In this document: positions 1 through 12,220 of the stretch, in pieces | Layout of the letters: each line of letters opens with the position of its first letter | Numbering within the stretch: the first letter of the stretch is position 1 | NCBI GenBank assembly: GCA_964016885.1 | Contig: OZ024761.1 | Coordinates: forward strand, 30,070,001-30,134,000 | DNA: 64,000 nt | Source: Eledone cirrhosa | Taxonomy: Eukaryota | Direction: 5' to 3' | Made by a program: the position numbers and the translations under genes | Notes under the pieces: generated by a model | The model's database searches: none | What the model was told of the DNA's origin: nothing | Seen by the model: only the letters and a program-made list of their open reading frames with translations

Positions 1-2627
1 TTTACATTCAAACTGATTTCATTTTTAACCTGATTATTACACCTAGGCAATCATGTGAGCCCCACAACTTGGCTTTACTGAATCTAATAATGGATTATTT
101 CTATTCCATTCCATAATAGTATGTTAATTAGTTTAAATTGTAAATATTTAAATTTTTTTTTTTTTTTTTCATTATTTCAATTCATTTAAGGTCCTGCACC
201 ATTTATATATATTTCTCCATGTAAATTTTTTTTTTTTGTCATTTTAATTATATTTAATTAAATTTCAATGTAAAATTACTAAAACGAATTTATTACATGA
301 AATATATTTCCCATTTTTTTTACATCTCTCTATATTGCTTTAGTGTCGACTATATTTGGAGACCAGAAAAATGGCTGGCTTAAATTGTTGGTATTCAATG
401 ACATTAAATTATATATTTGTAGAACAGCAGTGAGCCCAACACTGTAACCAGTTGGTAGTGGTTGGTGTTGGGTTGATGTACATGTACATTCTGCCCTTCA
501 TTTCATGTTGCTCAGATGATCAGTTTTAAAAAAAGAGTACAGGTAGTAACAGTTGAGGGTTAACTGATATCTCTTCACAAAAGGAACTCTGCTTTCTGTT
601 GAGTACCTAATGCCACATGAAATGAAGGTAAACTCTGGCCTGATGGGCCCTCTGGACCTAATACAAATTTATTAAATACATAGAGTAAATCTGTTATTTT
701 TCTGGTCTCCAAATCATACCAGTCCAGTGTCTGAATGTTTCCGCTTAAAACCACCCATTTTATTTAGGGGGGCGTTGGTACTTAGGTTCTTAAAATACTG
801 TGTAAATGTATGTGTGTGTATATACACACAAACATACACACACGCTTATATGTTTAAGGTTTATTTTTAATATTAAGCTTTTGGGAGTATGTGTATGCTA
901 CTAAAACAATTTGTTTTCTAGGTTTTCGTAGAATACACATCTGGGGGTAGTTTGGCTTTTGAATCGTTTGATATTTCAATTGTAATTTACAAAAGGAAAT
1001 TGGTAAATATGGTCTTAACATGTCTGTATATGCAGAAGCTTATAGTTTTTTTTGTGTTTAAGGCTTTTCTTTAGTCATAGTTTAACTTTGGGAGTGTGTA
1101 TACTACTAAAAAACAATTTTCTAGTTTTTGGTAGAATATACATAGGGGTAGTTTGGGTTTTTATTTAAAAAAAAACAAACAAACTAATGCCTCCCCACAT
1201 TTAAGTTACTGTATGCAAAAGCTGTTTTCACTCCCCACCCTTTTTTCTTCTCTTTCTTGTAATAATTGTGACCACCATGTATATTATAATGTTTGTTTTT
1301 AATGATGAAAAATAATGCAAACTTTCTTTTTTTTTAAGTCATCTATTTCTGACAGGTCACATTGAAGGCCAGTTTCGAGACACTAAGGTGTTGCAAAATC
1401 TATCTAAAAAAATATATTTAAAAAAAAAGTTATTGCTTTGACAAATGGCGTGCTGCTCTATAAAAAGCTAAACAAAAGTTAGAGGGAAAAAAAGTAATGA
1501 TTTTTCTTAACTTTTGAGCAAAAGGTATTAAACGTGTAAGAAAAAAAATAAAAAAAAAGTGGAAGAAAACAGCCCAAACTAACCCCTCTAAAATATGGGC
1601 TTTGTTGCCTTTCCCTGTCCCCTTCACCGTTCCTTCTCGTGTGGTTTTGGTTGCTCAACAGTGTATGCATACATTTACAGGAAAAAAAACAAAAAACAAG
1701 GCTATCTTGGTATATACTTATGCCATGGTTTTACACACTAGATGAGGTCTTTATGGTGTATATTGAGTTTTTAAAGGGAAAAAAAAACTTTTTAAAAAAA
1801 AGAAATATTTTTAAATTTTTCAACACACATTTTTCTTTTTCAACCAATCATCCGTAATATTGAGTAAAATTGTATTAAAAAAACAAGGGGAAAAACATAC
1901 ATATCCAAAAATAGGGCCTCTTTATTATCAACTGACCAGAAAGTTGTCCTCAACTACTGTCTCTACGGTGTGTCTTGAAAACAAACCAAACAAAATATTA
2001 GCTTGTGTTGCTTCTCATGGTCTCTGCTAGCTACTACTGCATGACTTTGTAACAAGTAGCTCTTTAAATCTAGCTACACCAAGAGGTTTCTGGTATATAT
2101 ATATATATAAATCCGTTATATATATATGTGTGTATGTATATATATTCTTTTCCTCAGGTGGTTTGTTCTTTTAGCAAATGAACAAAAATATATCTATTTA
2201 AAAGGTTACTTTAAAAGTTTTAGATGAATATATATATATATACATTTATATATGTATATTTTTTTTGTTGTTTTTTTTTTTGTGGTTGAAATGGTTTTAA
2301 AAAAATTAAACATGCCCCTATTAGTGTAAATTTTAAAAAGTACAAAGCAAATATGAATGTAAAAGGTTGAATAATTTTTGATTTATTTTTGAAATGGTTT
2401 TTTGGCCCACATAGGGCTAAAAAAAGTATATATAAAAAGGAAAAAAAAAACAGTTTCCAGTTTTGCAACAACAGCCGTAAAGCGTGTCTTAGAAATGTCC
2501 TGCATTTGTGCTGCTTGGAAATGATGAAAAAAATGTTGACTGGGTGAAGATGAATCTTGGCCTTGTCAGTAGAACATTCCATCTATAGGATGGATTGTTA
2601 TTACTGAACTTTCCTAATGTATTTCAG

Positions 2628-2665
2628 CGGTGGCAGAGGTGGCTTCAACAAAAGTTATGGTGGTG
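2628..2665 (+). CDS. caz: FET gene 38-nt microexon ([12 protein letters not shown])
   Basis: tttcag|c...tggtg|gtaagt; peptide resembles the RGGFNKFGG segment of FUS. Confidence 0.85.
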
Positions 2666-4386
2666 GTAAGTGATTGGTTTAGGCTTTTACAGCCTCCTCT
2701 TTTCTTATATATATATTATATATATCTATCTAATCTTATCTCCTTGGTATTTAATTACTCACTCAGCTCATTATCATACACTCACACTTAACACATACAC
2801 ACACACGTAGCATATTGGTATATTTTGGCATCAAATTAAATGCCGCGACATTTGTTCCAGTTCAGTGTGCATTGAGTTAAAATCCTGCTGGGGTTAACTT
2901 TGCCTAGCATCCTTTCAAGGTCGATAAAGTACCATTCCAGCACTGGAGTTGAAATCGGTTGTGTTCCAAACTGGAGAGGAATGGGCTCTGCCACGTTTTA
3001 AATGTCCAAGACATGCACTGTCAGGACAACACACTTAAGTCTTCACACTTAAGGGCAATGAAATGCAATGAAAAATGAACTGCATAGCTCATTGTCCTTG
3101 GGGGAAGATGCTTTATATCTTGTTGCTCCAGTCCACTAAGCTGAAAAGAAAGAGTGCTAGAAGCCTAAGCAGGTAGGGATTATCTGCTGCCATATACCAG
3201 CATCTGAGTCTTCACATAAGATATAGCACTAGGGCCCCTGTCATTAAAAGCACTAAAAAAATCTGACATGCAGGTGTGAATTGTAACAACATACATATAT
3301 ATTTATATACGTATACATTCAGACACATTCATTGCAGGCAGACACTACAGACTATTGAAAAATAGATAACACCTCTATTTGACAACAAACAAATCCACGG
3401 CATACATATAATTTATTCTAACTGTTAATGGTATTGTGTTATATTATATTTAAGCTATTATTGAAAAGGTATTGTGTGTGTATATATATAAATATTTTAT
3501 GTATAACGTTGACTATAAATACCTAGACAATATATATAAACAGTAAATATCTTTGCTCTGAAAAGCTAGGTTGTCAAAGTCCTTTTTAATTACTACAGTG
3601 AGCCAGAATATTTGTATGGTAAAATTTACATATGGTGAATTTAAAATCTGGTTGTTAAAGCAACGAATTCCACTGTTGAGCCATTTTGGTATGTGTTGGC
3701 ATATATGGCTGCGTTTTTAAAAACAAAATGAAAAAAATGTGCATATTGGTAAAACTTTCTCCACTACTGGTGTTCATTTTGGTATTGTGGTACAAAGTAA
3801 ACACATAGGTCTTGTGTGAAAATGGTTTTTTTTTAAAACCATTCTATGTCTGATGGTTTGAAAAACAAAAAAAAAAAAATAAGGTGAGTGGTATTAAAAA
3901 GGCTGTTTTAACGACATCGGTATTCTGTATGTACTAGTATGTACTCGTGGTTATACCTATATCACTTGATGATGATGTTTAAATATTATCCAAGTTGAAA
4001 AAGAAAAAAAGGGTTTACATTCACACATACACACAAAAGGGTTTGAGACAGTTGGTTGAATGGACAACAATTTTCGTGTTCATAAATTAATCACAATCTT
4101 TACCATTATTATTTTTTTTTTTTTTTTGGCTAATCACCACCTTCCCTGATTTAATAACCAAGTTTTTGTTTAATTTTTTTTTTTTTAAATTTTTTTTATT
4201 GTTTGTTGCCACCGTCCATTTAAGACTGGTTAAAATCTTCAACATTGGTCTTTATGTATGGCTACTAATAAGTGATATTTCATTGTCTAATTACTGTTTA
4301 GTTTACTTACCAAGGTTCTCCCTCTCTTAATTTAGTAGTGTCCCGAGACATATATCAATGTATGCATGTATTTATATATATACACG

Positions 4387-4424
<38 letters not shown>

Positions 4425-7400
4425 GACTTTAAAATGTCAGGTAGAATACTATGCAATATTTGTTCCAACAAATCCCACTCGAGATCAATTTTGCCTTTCA
4501 TCTTTAAGATCGATAAAGTATCAGTTTGGTACAGGGTTCGATTCTATCTATCTCTATCCTTCACTTTCTCTCTCGATCTTTCATTCTTTCTCTGTCTCTT
4601 TTCACTCTATTTCATTGTCCCTATTTCTATTTCTGGAAGAAATTTGTTCTGCATGGTTTAAAGATCCAAGGTGATGCTCTTACAACCCTACCAGGAATTA
4701 AGGGATGTGTGGATATATATATATGTGTATATAATATGTATATATATAATACATGCTAGTTAGTAGGACTGGTCGCCCCCTCTTTGAAATCGTAAAGTTT
4801 TTTTGTTAATCTCTTCTTTTTTTTCCCCCAACCTGCTTCCAAGGAAATAAGTGTATGGTGACTTATAAGTTCTCTACAAATATGATAAAGATATATTTTG
4901 AAGTCACATGTTGGTTGTTTAATGATGCCAGAAGAACCTGGTACTGTAGCCCTTAAAATATGGGACACGGACCAAAATTTTCCAATCTCCTTAAACAATA
5001 GTAGTGCCATTTACCAAATGTTGGTTGTTCTGTGTAGTACATAACCATCATAATACCATATCACTACTAATTTCACTTGTGTTTAAATCTTAGCTGGTTC
5101 TCCCACCCTATCATGTTACCCCTTTGTTGTTTCTCAAGTCTGGTGGGGGGTGGGGTGGGTTTATAAAACAGAAGGAATTAAACTTTTATTAGTCCTCTAT
5201 ATTTGAATTAGTTGTTTGTTTTGTGGCAATGTTTGTTGTATTTGTTTATTTCATGATTTTATAAAATATCATCCATTATTTAAATCTATCTTCATGCAGG
5301 CGGTGGTGGCAGCGGCAGTGGTTATGGAGGTAAGTTTAACAATTTCTATTTGCAATCCAATTTCTAGACTATCATTGAGCGAGTTACTTGAGATATTTGC
5401 TCTGCAGTGTGTTACACTCACATTTGACTTATTGGAAACATTTATCCCATAAGGCTGTTGTTAATTGATATATAATGTGGGTGTGTTGTGTAGTGAGTTG
5501 GTGACCATGGACAAAATTTAGCAGAATGTATTAGAGCAGGGCCCCATCCCTCCCCCATCTCAACGTTTCAGGTCATTGACCTCTATAAGGTGGTAGTGTT
5601 TGATCCATGGTAAACTCTTCACAGTACAAGGTGTAAAGTAGTTGGTGTTAGGAAGAGAATTAAGCCAAAATGATCATACCCTTGATAGTCCGTGGCCCTT
5701 TGTCAGCCCCAAGCATGTACAAAAATAAATCAGTAAAACAATATAAAATTAAGAAACTAATAAATAAATCAGACACCTAGATACAAGTTGCTTAATTGTA
5801 TGTTATTTACATTTCCTACCTAAATATCAAGTTATGGTTCAAAAGATCACCCCTTCCCCAGGAAGAATTCTATTAATTAGACCATGGTGGAAATTAACAA
5901 AAAACTTTTTATTTGTACCTTTTTTTAACTTAATATTGAAATTTGTTTTAATTGTAGATGGACCAATTATGGAAATGCCTGATACTGTGTTTGTGTGTGG
6001 ACTTAACGAAGAAGTCACTGAAGATGCTCTTATTGAACACTTTGGTAGCATTGGTGTAATTAAGGTAAGTTAATTGAAGCTAATTTATTACACAATCCCT
6101 TACTATTAAAACATACAAACCTATGTGATGCAACCTCATCGGAGGCCAGCTAAACCTACATAGGTGTGGACTGTAATAAAATGTCCTTATTAAAATAGGA
6201 AACCTAAATTGAAATTTTTTTATATTTTATGATTGCGAAATGTTTCTTTTGAATAAATTTGCATTTTTTTTCTCCTTTTAAAGACTGACAAGAAAACGAG
6301 CAAACCAAAGGTATGGATCTACAAAGACAAGGCTACAGGTCGTGGCAAAGGAGAGGCCACTGTCACATATGATGATCCTGAAAGTGCAAAGGCAGCTATT
6401 AATTGGTTTAATGGTAAGTCAAACATTTTAGCCTACATAATTGGAGGGGACATCTGGTTTAGAATAGGTACTCCGTACCACACATGAGGTCATAAAATGT
6501 TGACTCCAGGAAGATATCTGGCTGTAAAACATTGCCTCCAAAAGGACCCCATGTTGACTGATATCTATTAGTCAACATGGGGTCCTACTACTATTCCAGA
6601 CATTAATATGCCTAACCTGATTCAATATCATGCAATATGTAACGAGCCTGGGCCATTGTATTACAGGTACAATTCATCTGACACAGCAGCCAACCAGATT
6701 CACGTCAAACTTGGTATGACGTGAATCTGGTTGGCTGCTGTGTCATAGTTAATTTTACTGTTATACTGTTGGAATTTAACCAAACTCACAATATCCTTGT
6801 CTTTAAATTCTCACCTTATAATTATTATTGAATGTTTTTATAAATCTGAAACTCCCAAGCTCCTTGTCTTTGTGTACTACAAAAACCTATATTTCAGGAT
6901 AGTAAATGTTTCTGTGTGTATCCTGTTTAGAATACTTTACTATGTTCTTGTGAGATGACAATAAGAGTTGGCAGCAAGAAGGTCGTTTAGTTGTAAAGCA
7001 CTACCTATGAAACCCATCATAGGACCCGTCAGGACAACTTCTGCCTTGTGTATATTTGGTTTAGAATAGTAATGCCATGTTTCTGTGTGCCGTAAGAGGT
7101 ACCTAAGGACCCCATGAGGAGAATGAAGTTTAGCAAAGTGCCTGCATGATCAACCTGAGCTTTAGCTTTAGCTGAGAGTAGCTTCAATTTACTTAGTATA
7201 AATACTTAATTGATCCTTAATCAAAGCTTCTCTTATTGGTTTTTATAATTTATTCACCTCACTCTTTCTCATTTTTTTAGAAAAAGATTTCCAAGGCCGA
7301 ATAATTAAAGTTGAAATGGCCCAGAGGAAAGCTTGGTCTAGTGGCCGTGAAGGAAGAGGTTTGTTTTCTTTTTACTGTTTGTTTTCTACTATTATCTTCT

Positions 7401-9396
7401 CACAACTCTAAAAACCATCCAAAAGGTTTAAGATTCAGTATTTGTGTGTGTTTGTGCTTATATGTATTAATGTTTTATACATTGTATTTTCAGGAGGCAG
7501 AGGTGGTGGTCGTGGTGGTGGCGGTGGCAGAGGTAAGTCTGATTATCTCTGTCATTTCTTAGATAGAATTGAGATTTAAATTTAGATAAACACTTTAAAG
7601 TAAAATGCTTTGCATTCTAGTGGTTAAAGTGTTGTATACAACAATCATGACAATTGTTCTTGAGCAAGATTTTTCCCATCGTATTGCTTTTCATGATAGG
7701 TCTGTCATTAAAACACTAAACCAGTTAAACCTGGGATGGTTTTGAGTTGTAAATGTTTTTGTTGTTTTTCATATTACCAATTTATCAGCTAGTTATATAC
7801 ATAGCAGTTATAAATTGATCACAATAAGCAGTCTTCGTACTATTTACTTATATGATGTATTTTTTATCTTATATTTTAGGTGGTTTTGGTGGTGGCGGTG
7901 GAGGTGGTGGTATGGGAGGTGATCGAGGAGGCGGTGGTGGTGGTGGTGGAGGACGTCAAGGAGATTGGACTTGTCCTAACCCGTAAGTAGCTTCTTTATT
8001 GATGAAATATATTAGGAATATCCAAAGGTGACGATGTGGTGGAGTTGAAGTCTTGGTCAAGTCATCATTGTCAGCATTTACCATGCATATACATCACATG
8101 CACTCATACACACTTGCATGTACACACCACACCTACCTACTTGCTAGATGTTATGTTAGACTATAAATTCTGTCTTGTCTCATTCCTACAGAGCCTGTGG
8201 TAATAACAACTTCGGTTGGAGAAATGCCTGTAACTTATGTAACGCTCCCAAGGAAGGAATGGGGTCTGGTCCTGGTGGTCCTCCTGGTGGACCTGGTAAG
8301 TTCTTACATATGCCTTCTACACCACACTATAGTTCAATGTTTGTTATACCCACTTCTACAATAGTGTGTGTGTATATATATTATACACTTTCTACTATAG
8401 TAGTGTTTGTTATACACATTGATATGTTTTCTACACTAGTGTATTTATGTTATATACACTTTCTATACTACAGTATGTATGTTGAATACACTTTCAACAT
8501 TAGTGTTTGTGTTATACACCTTATATTCTTTAAAATAAGTGTGTGTCTTTTTTGATACACGGCATTATAGTCTTTACAACTATACAGCGTGTATGTTTAT
8601 ATATATATATATTGTTTCTAAGTACTTGAATTGTGGTAACTGTTAGCATATATGTTGTTGCTGAATGTCAAATTACTTGATACCAGTAATATGTTAGGAC
8701 ATTGATGTGTATGTTGTTGTGAGTGGGCGATTGTCTGATTGTAATGGAGTTTCATTTTTGTATTGCAGGTGGTTTCCGAGGTCGTGGTGGCCCTCGTGGA
8801 GGCATGGGGGATAGAGGAGGCCGTGGCGGTATGGGCGGCGGCGGTGGAGGGCGTGGTGGCGGAGGTGGTGGAGGTATGAACGACAGAGGCATCCGTGGTG
8901 GAATGGGCGACAGAGGAGTGAGGGGTGGAGGCATGGGCGGTGACCGTGGAAGGGGTGGCTACAGAGTCGGACCGAGAGGCGGCGGTGGAGGTGGTGGCAT
9001 GGGAGGTGACCGCGGAGGACCGAGAGGAGGTGGCGGAGGCATGGGAGGTGATCGCGGAGGCGGCGGCGGCGGTGGTGGTGGTGGAGGTCCCGGAGACAGA
9101 GGTGGACGTGGTGGATTTGGAAAAGACAGAGGCCGGTAAGTTGGTGTTTTATTATTTTGTTACGTCTCTTGTAAATTTTTCCTTTCATCCTTTCCTCATG
9201 GGTCAGATATTGTACCAGCCATTTACTGGGTGGATGTTATCAATTTTCTCCTCCTCTCCTTCAAATTGCTGACTTTGTCATCTGGTGTTGGTTAATAGTG
9301 AGGATGTCTTTAACCCATCTATTGATGGTTACTGGCTTACTCTGGAAGACGCAGAAATTATATTGATCCCTTAGATATAGTATTTCAACACACGTT

Positions 9397-9429
<33 letters not shown>

Positions 9430-9598
9430 GTATCAGAACATTAAAAAAACTCTGGAATTTCCTGTTGGACTTTTGTATATAAAATACTCAGCAATCTCCC
9501 TTCTCGTATATTTTGAATGTGAAATACTCAGCAGTGTTCCTTTTATTTTCAGACCCCAAGACAGCAGATCTGAGAGACGACCAAGGCCATATCCTTAG
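2628..9598 (+). CDS. caz: FET-family RNA-binding protein (cabeza/FUS/EWSR1/TAF15 homolog), 5'-partial, 10 coding exons: 2628-2665, 5300-5329, 5958-6064, 6284-6413, 7281-7358, 7494-7532, 7880-7982, 8192-8295, 8769-9135, 9553-9598
   Basis: All junctions are AG/GT and phases join into one frame: [12 protein letters not shown]..., FET-type RRM (DTVFVCGL...FGSIGVIK|[43 protein letters not shown]|[14 protein letters not shown]), RGG boxes, RanBP2 ZnF ([28 protein letters not shown]), long RGG tract, terminal [11 protein letters not shown]-terminal QGSY exons are not in the window. Confidence 0.95.
5300..5329 (+). CDS. caz: FET gene 30-nt Gly/Ser/Tyr microexon
   Basis: tgcag|gcggt...tggag|gtaagt; phase 1-1. 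Confidence 0.85.
5958..6064 (+). CDS. caz: FET gene exon, RRM N-half
   Basis: tgtag|at...aag|gtaagt; [36 protein letters not shown]. Confidence 0.95.
6284..6413 (+). CDS. caz: FET gene exon, RRM KK-loop and RNP1
   Basis: ttaaag|act...aatg|gtaagt; [32 protein letters not shown]. Confidence 0.95.
7281..7358 (+). CDS. caz: FET gene exon, RRM C-end
   Basis: ttttag|aa...agag|gtttgt; [19 protein letters not shown]. Confidence 0.93.
7494..7532 (+). CDS. caz: FET gene 39-nt RGG microexon
   Basis: tttcag|ga...agag|gtaagt; phase 1-1. Confidence 0.88.
7880..7982 (+). CDS. caz: FET gene exon, RGG + start of RanBP2 ZnF
   Basis: ttttag|gt...aaccc|gtaagt; [10 protein letters not shown]. Confidence 0.93.
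8192..8295 (+). CDS. caz: FET gene exon, RanBP2 ZnF
   Basis: tacag|a...cctg|gtaagt; [20 protein letters not shown]. Confidence 0.95.
8769..9135 (+). CDS. caz: FET gene exon, long RGG tract
   Basis: tgcag|gt...gccg|gtaagt; repeated MGGDRGG motifs. Confidence 0.95.
9553..9598 (+). CDS. caz: FET gene last coding exon, PY-NLS
   Basis: tttcag|a ccc caa...tat cct tag; [15 protein letters not shown]. Confidence 0.93.
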
Positions 9599-10410
9599 AT
9601 TCTTTCTACTTTTGTCATCCCATCAGATGGAAAAGAGAATATAAACCAAACTCCTTCATTTTAAAATCATTTTAACTTTTTCTCTCATTGTATTTTTTCT
9701 CTCAGTAAAAAAAAGTCTTTAATAAAGTTTTAAACATCGTCATTGATTTTTAGTGGAGGCTTAAGCATGTTGTTTCTTATCGCCTACTTTATTACATAAG
9801 TGTTGGGAGTGATTCTCATTCTTTAAATGTTCCTAATGTGCAAAACTATGCATGTCTCGTGTTTATCCGAAATTACACGTGTTCCTGCAGAGGTACAATG
9901 ATTATTGAAATTTCATTTTGGATGACTGAAATATTTCTCACGTGGAATATTCAAGTGGCACTTGGTTATTCATAATAAACAGAATGGAACCAATCCTGAA
10001 ATGAAGCATTGTTGCAGGATTTGCAGTCAGCTCTATGCAGTGTTTCCATTTAGCTTTTCTTGCTAAGATAACATCAAAATGATCTCCCTTGCATTAAGTT
10101 CACGCTGTTTGCAACATTTCCTTTATAACGTAACATTGTTTTCATGAAATTTCAATTGGATTATATCATGTTTACATAAAAAAAAAAGAAAAAAAAAAAA
10201 AAAAAAGGAATTGGAAAATAATTTTGACAGTGGAGAAGGCATTGCAATGGAAAACGCCTGCTGCACCAGACACCCTACTTCGGGATGCACTATTAAGTTT
10301 TGTGGATGAAAACAGTTCTGGAAAAAATAAGAAAAAGCTGAAAACAGTTGGTATATTTTAATGATTTATAAGTTTTTATAATTAAAAATATGGCAACGTT
10401 ATTTCGTTTG
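9599..10410 (+). other. Putative FET 3' UTR with alternative poly(A) signals
   Basis: AATAAA at 9721-9726 and 9974-9979; ATTAAA at 10381-10386 followed by a GT/T-rich tract; region lacks TE fragments. Confidence 0.55.
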
Positions 10411-10929
10411 TTAGTTCTGTCTCTGATGTGCATAATCATAGATCTTGGATAATATAGTTCATCCCCAGACTTGGAAAATTTAATTCTTAATTACCTCCCC
10501 TAGATTTAGTTTAAAAGTAATCTCCCTTTGAAGAATGATGGCTCGCCTCAACGCCATAGGATTTTTAAATGTTTTCCTTTATATATAAAGCTTTTGGTGA
10601 GGCCATTTACTAAGATATTCACTTACCTCCTAGAATGTTTGAAATATAGTAGACTCTAGCTAAAGGTCCAATAAGTCCAGGAGGTGTTACATATGGGAAC
10701 GATAAATTGGGCCATCTTATTTGTATTCTCTAAGAACTGCTTAAAGCTTTGGGCTGCTCTAAAGGTTATTTGGAGAGAGGTCACTGTTACGGAGACATGC
10801 TAAGATGAATTGTTCTTTCTGCAGCGAGATGCGCGCATTCAACAACAACGATGTGAATTTAGCCTAATTTGTATAAACATGTACACATATAAAGACCCTC
10901 AGTTCAACAAAGTTGTTTGTGGAAGACCA

Positions 10930-11120
10930 GCAGTCGCCCATGTATACCAGTCCCGCCTCTCCACGCCACTGATGTCAAAGGGAAATGCAATGGCTGATAC
11001 AGCTTCGCACCAATGACGCAGGAAATGCGTCTTGCCCAAGGACACACGTCACCCGGTACGAGAGTCGAACTCAGAATCTCTCGATTGCAGGCCCAACGTT
11101 CTAACCACTAATTCATGCGC
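10930..11120 (-). mobile_element. Diverged tRNA-derived SINE (family 2)
   Basis: Minus strand has B-box-like gagttcgactc and gtgtccttgggcaagac core, as in 39688-39955. Confidence 0.6.
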
Positions 11121-11289
11121 CTTCAGAGATCAGCCAGATCTAGATAATCGGTTTGGAAAGTAAGATCTTATATATCTGTGAAAGAGAACATTACATTTTG
11201 TTGAACAAATACATTGGTATTTTGCTTCAGAAAGGAGACATACCAGACTTCTATGCAAGATTGAACGTGCGACAGATAGGAGAATATCT

Positions 11290-11960
11290 ATAGTATTCCG
11301 TACGACGGGTGGGTACTGTAAAATAGTTAGTGGTGAGAAGTGGAAGTCCAGCAGGCTGTGGTGTGCTAGAAGCACAACCCTCATCCCTTCATATAAGGTT
11401 TTGATCTATAGAGAACAGACGGAGAGGACCTATGTGTTGTAGATAGGGAGCTTCGTCTTCTGGGAGATAAAACTGGCGCCAAAGGGGGGGGGGGGGGGTT
11501 CCATTGGGAGTACATGACCCTGGCGGCTAGACCACATCTGCGGGTGATCTCTGGTGTCGGGTCTCTATTGTTGGCGACTGTCGAGCCTAGGTAAATAGAA
11601 GAGATGACTAACTACTACGACGTGGCCAATGTGAAGCAGGGGAAGATCCGAGCCCTCTGACATGTGCTGATTCCTCCTGGTATATGGCGAGTGCGTTCCC
11701 GAGCTGATCGACCAGGGTGGTGTCGTTCGCGTACTCCAGGTCGGTAAGGTGGTAGTTCCCGAAGGTAACGCCACTTTCTCATAGACATGAGTCATTAGAT
11801 AGTCGATGATACAATTGAAGAGGCCGGGTGCTGCCACGCCGCCCTCTCTGATCCTGTTGTGGAAGGGGAACCTGTAGGAGCACTCGCACGCAACTTTCGG
11901 CGCTGCTATAGAGCTGTAGGAATAGGCTGGTCTTGGGAGGAACGCCGACGTAGTGGTGAA
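11290..11960 (-). pseudogene. Decayed RTE-like LINE reverse-transcriptase fragment
   Basis: GC-rich island; minus-strand frames give AAPGLFNCIIDYLM, then (frameshifted) FGNYHLTDLEYANDTT (YADD-like) and a YNT*VLSV segment. Confidence 0.75.
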
Positions 11961-12220
11961 GATCTAATGACTGAAACGAGTTATATATAATTTAATATAG
12001 AAATGACTACAACAGGACTAGAACTGTTTCATGCTTAAGAAATCATCACGAATGAAACATTTCTAGTCCTTGAGAAGGCATTTCTTTCTCTCTCAATATA
12101 TATTAAATAGTGATGTTTACACTATACTAGTGTATTGAGTACCTTTTTCTTTATATACGTTTATATTTATAAACATTACCGACACAAGTATATAAATCTA
12201 TAATGTATGTGTATATATAT

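Noticed and set aside
1302-1352. C/D snoRNA candidate (ATGATGA...CTGA) in the FET intron
   Set aside because: Only ~50 nt, no terminal stem and no recognisable guide
2145-2180. Possible poison-exon acceptor (ttctttttcctcag|gtg)
   Set aside because: No convincing downstream donor; such motifs are common in T-rich introns
8694-9188. Minus-strand His/Arg/Pro-rich ORFs, and antisense ORFs within 48626-49474
   Set aside because: Shadows of the real plus-strand coding sequences
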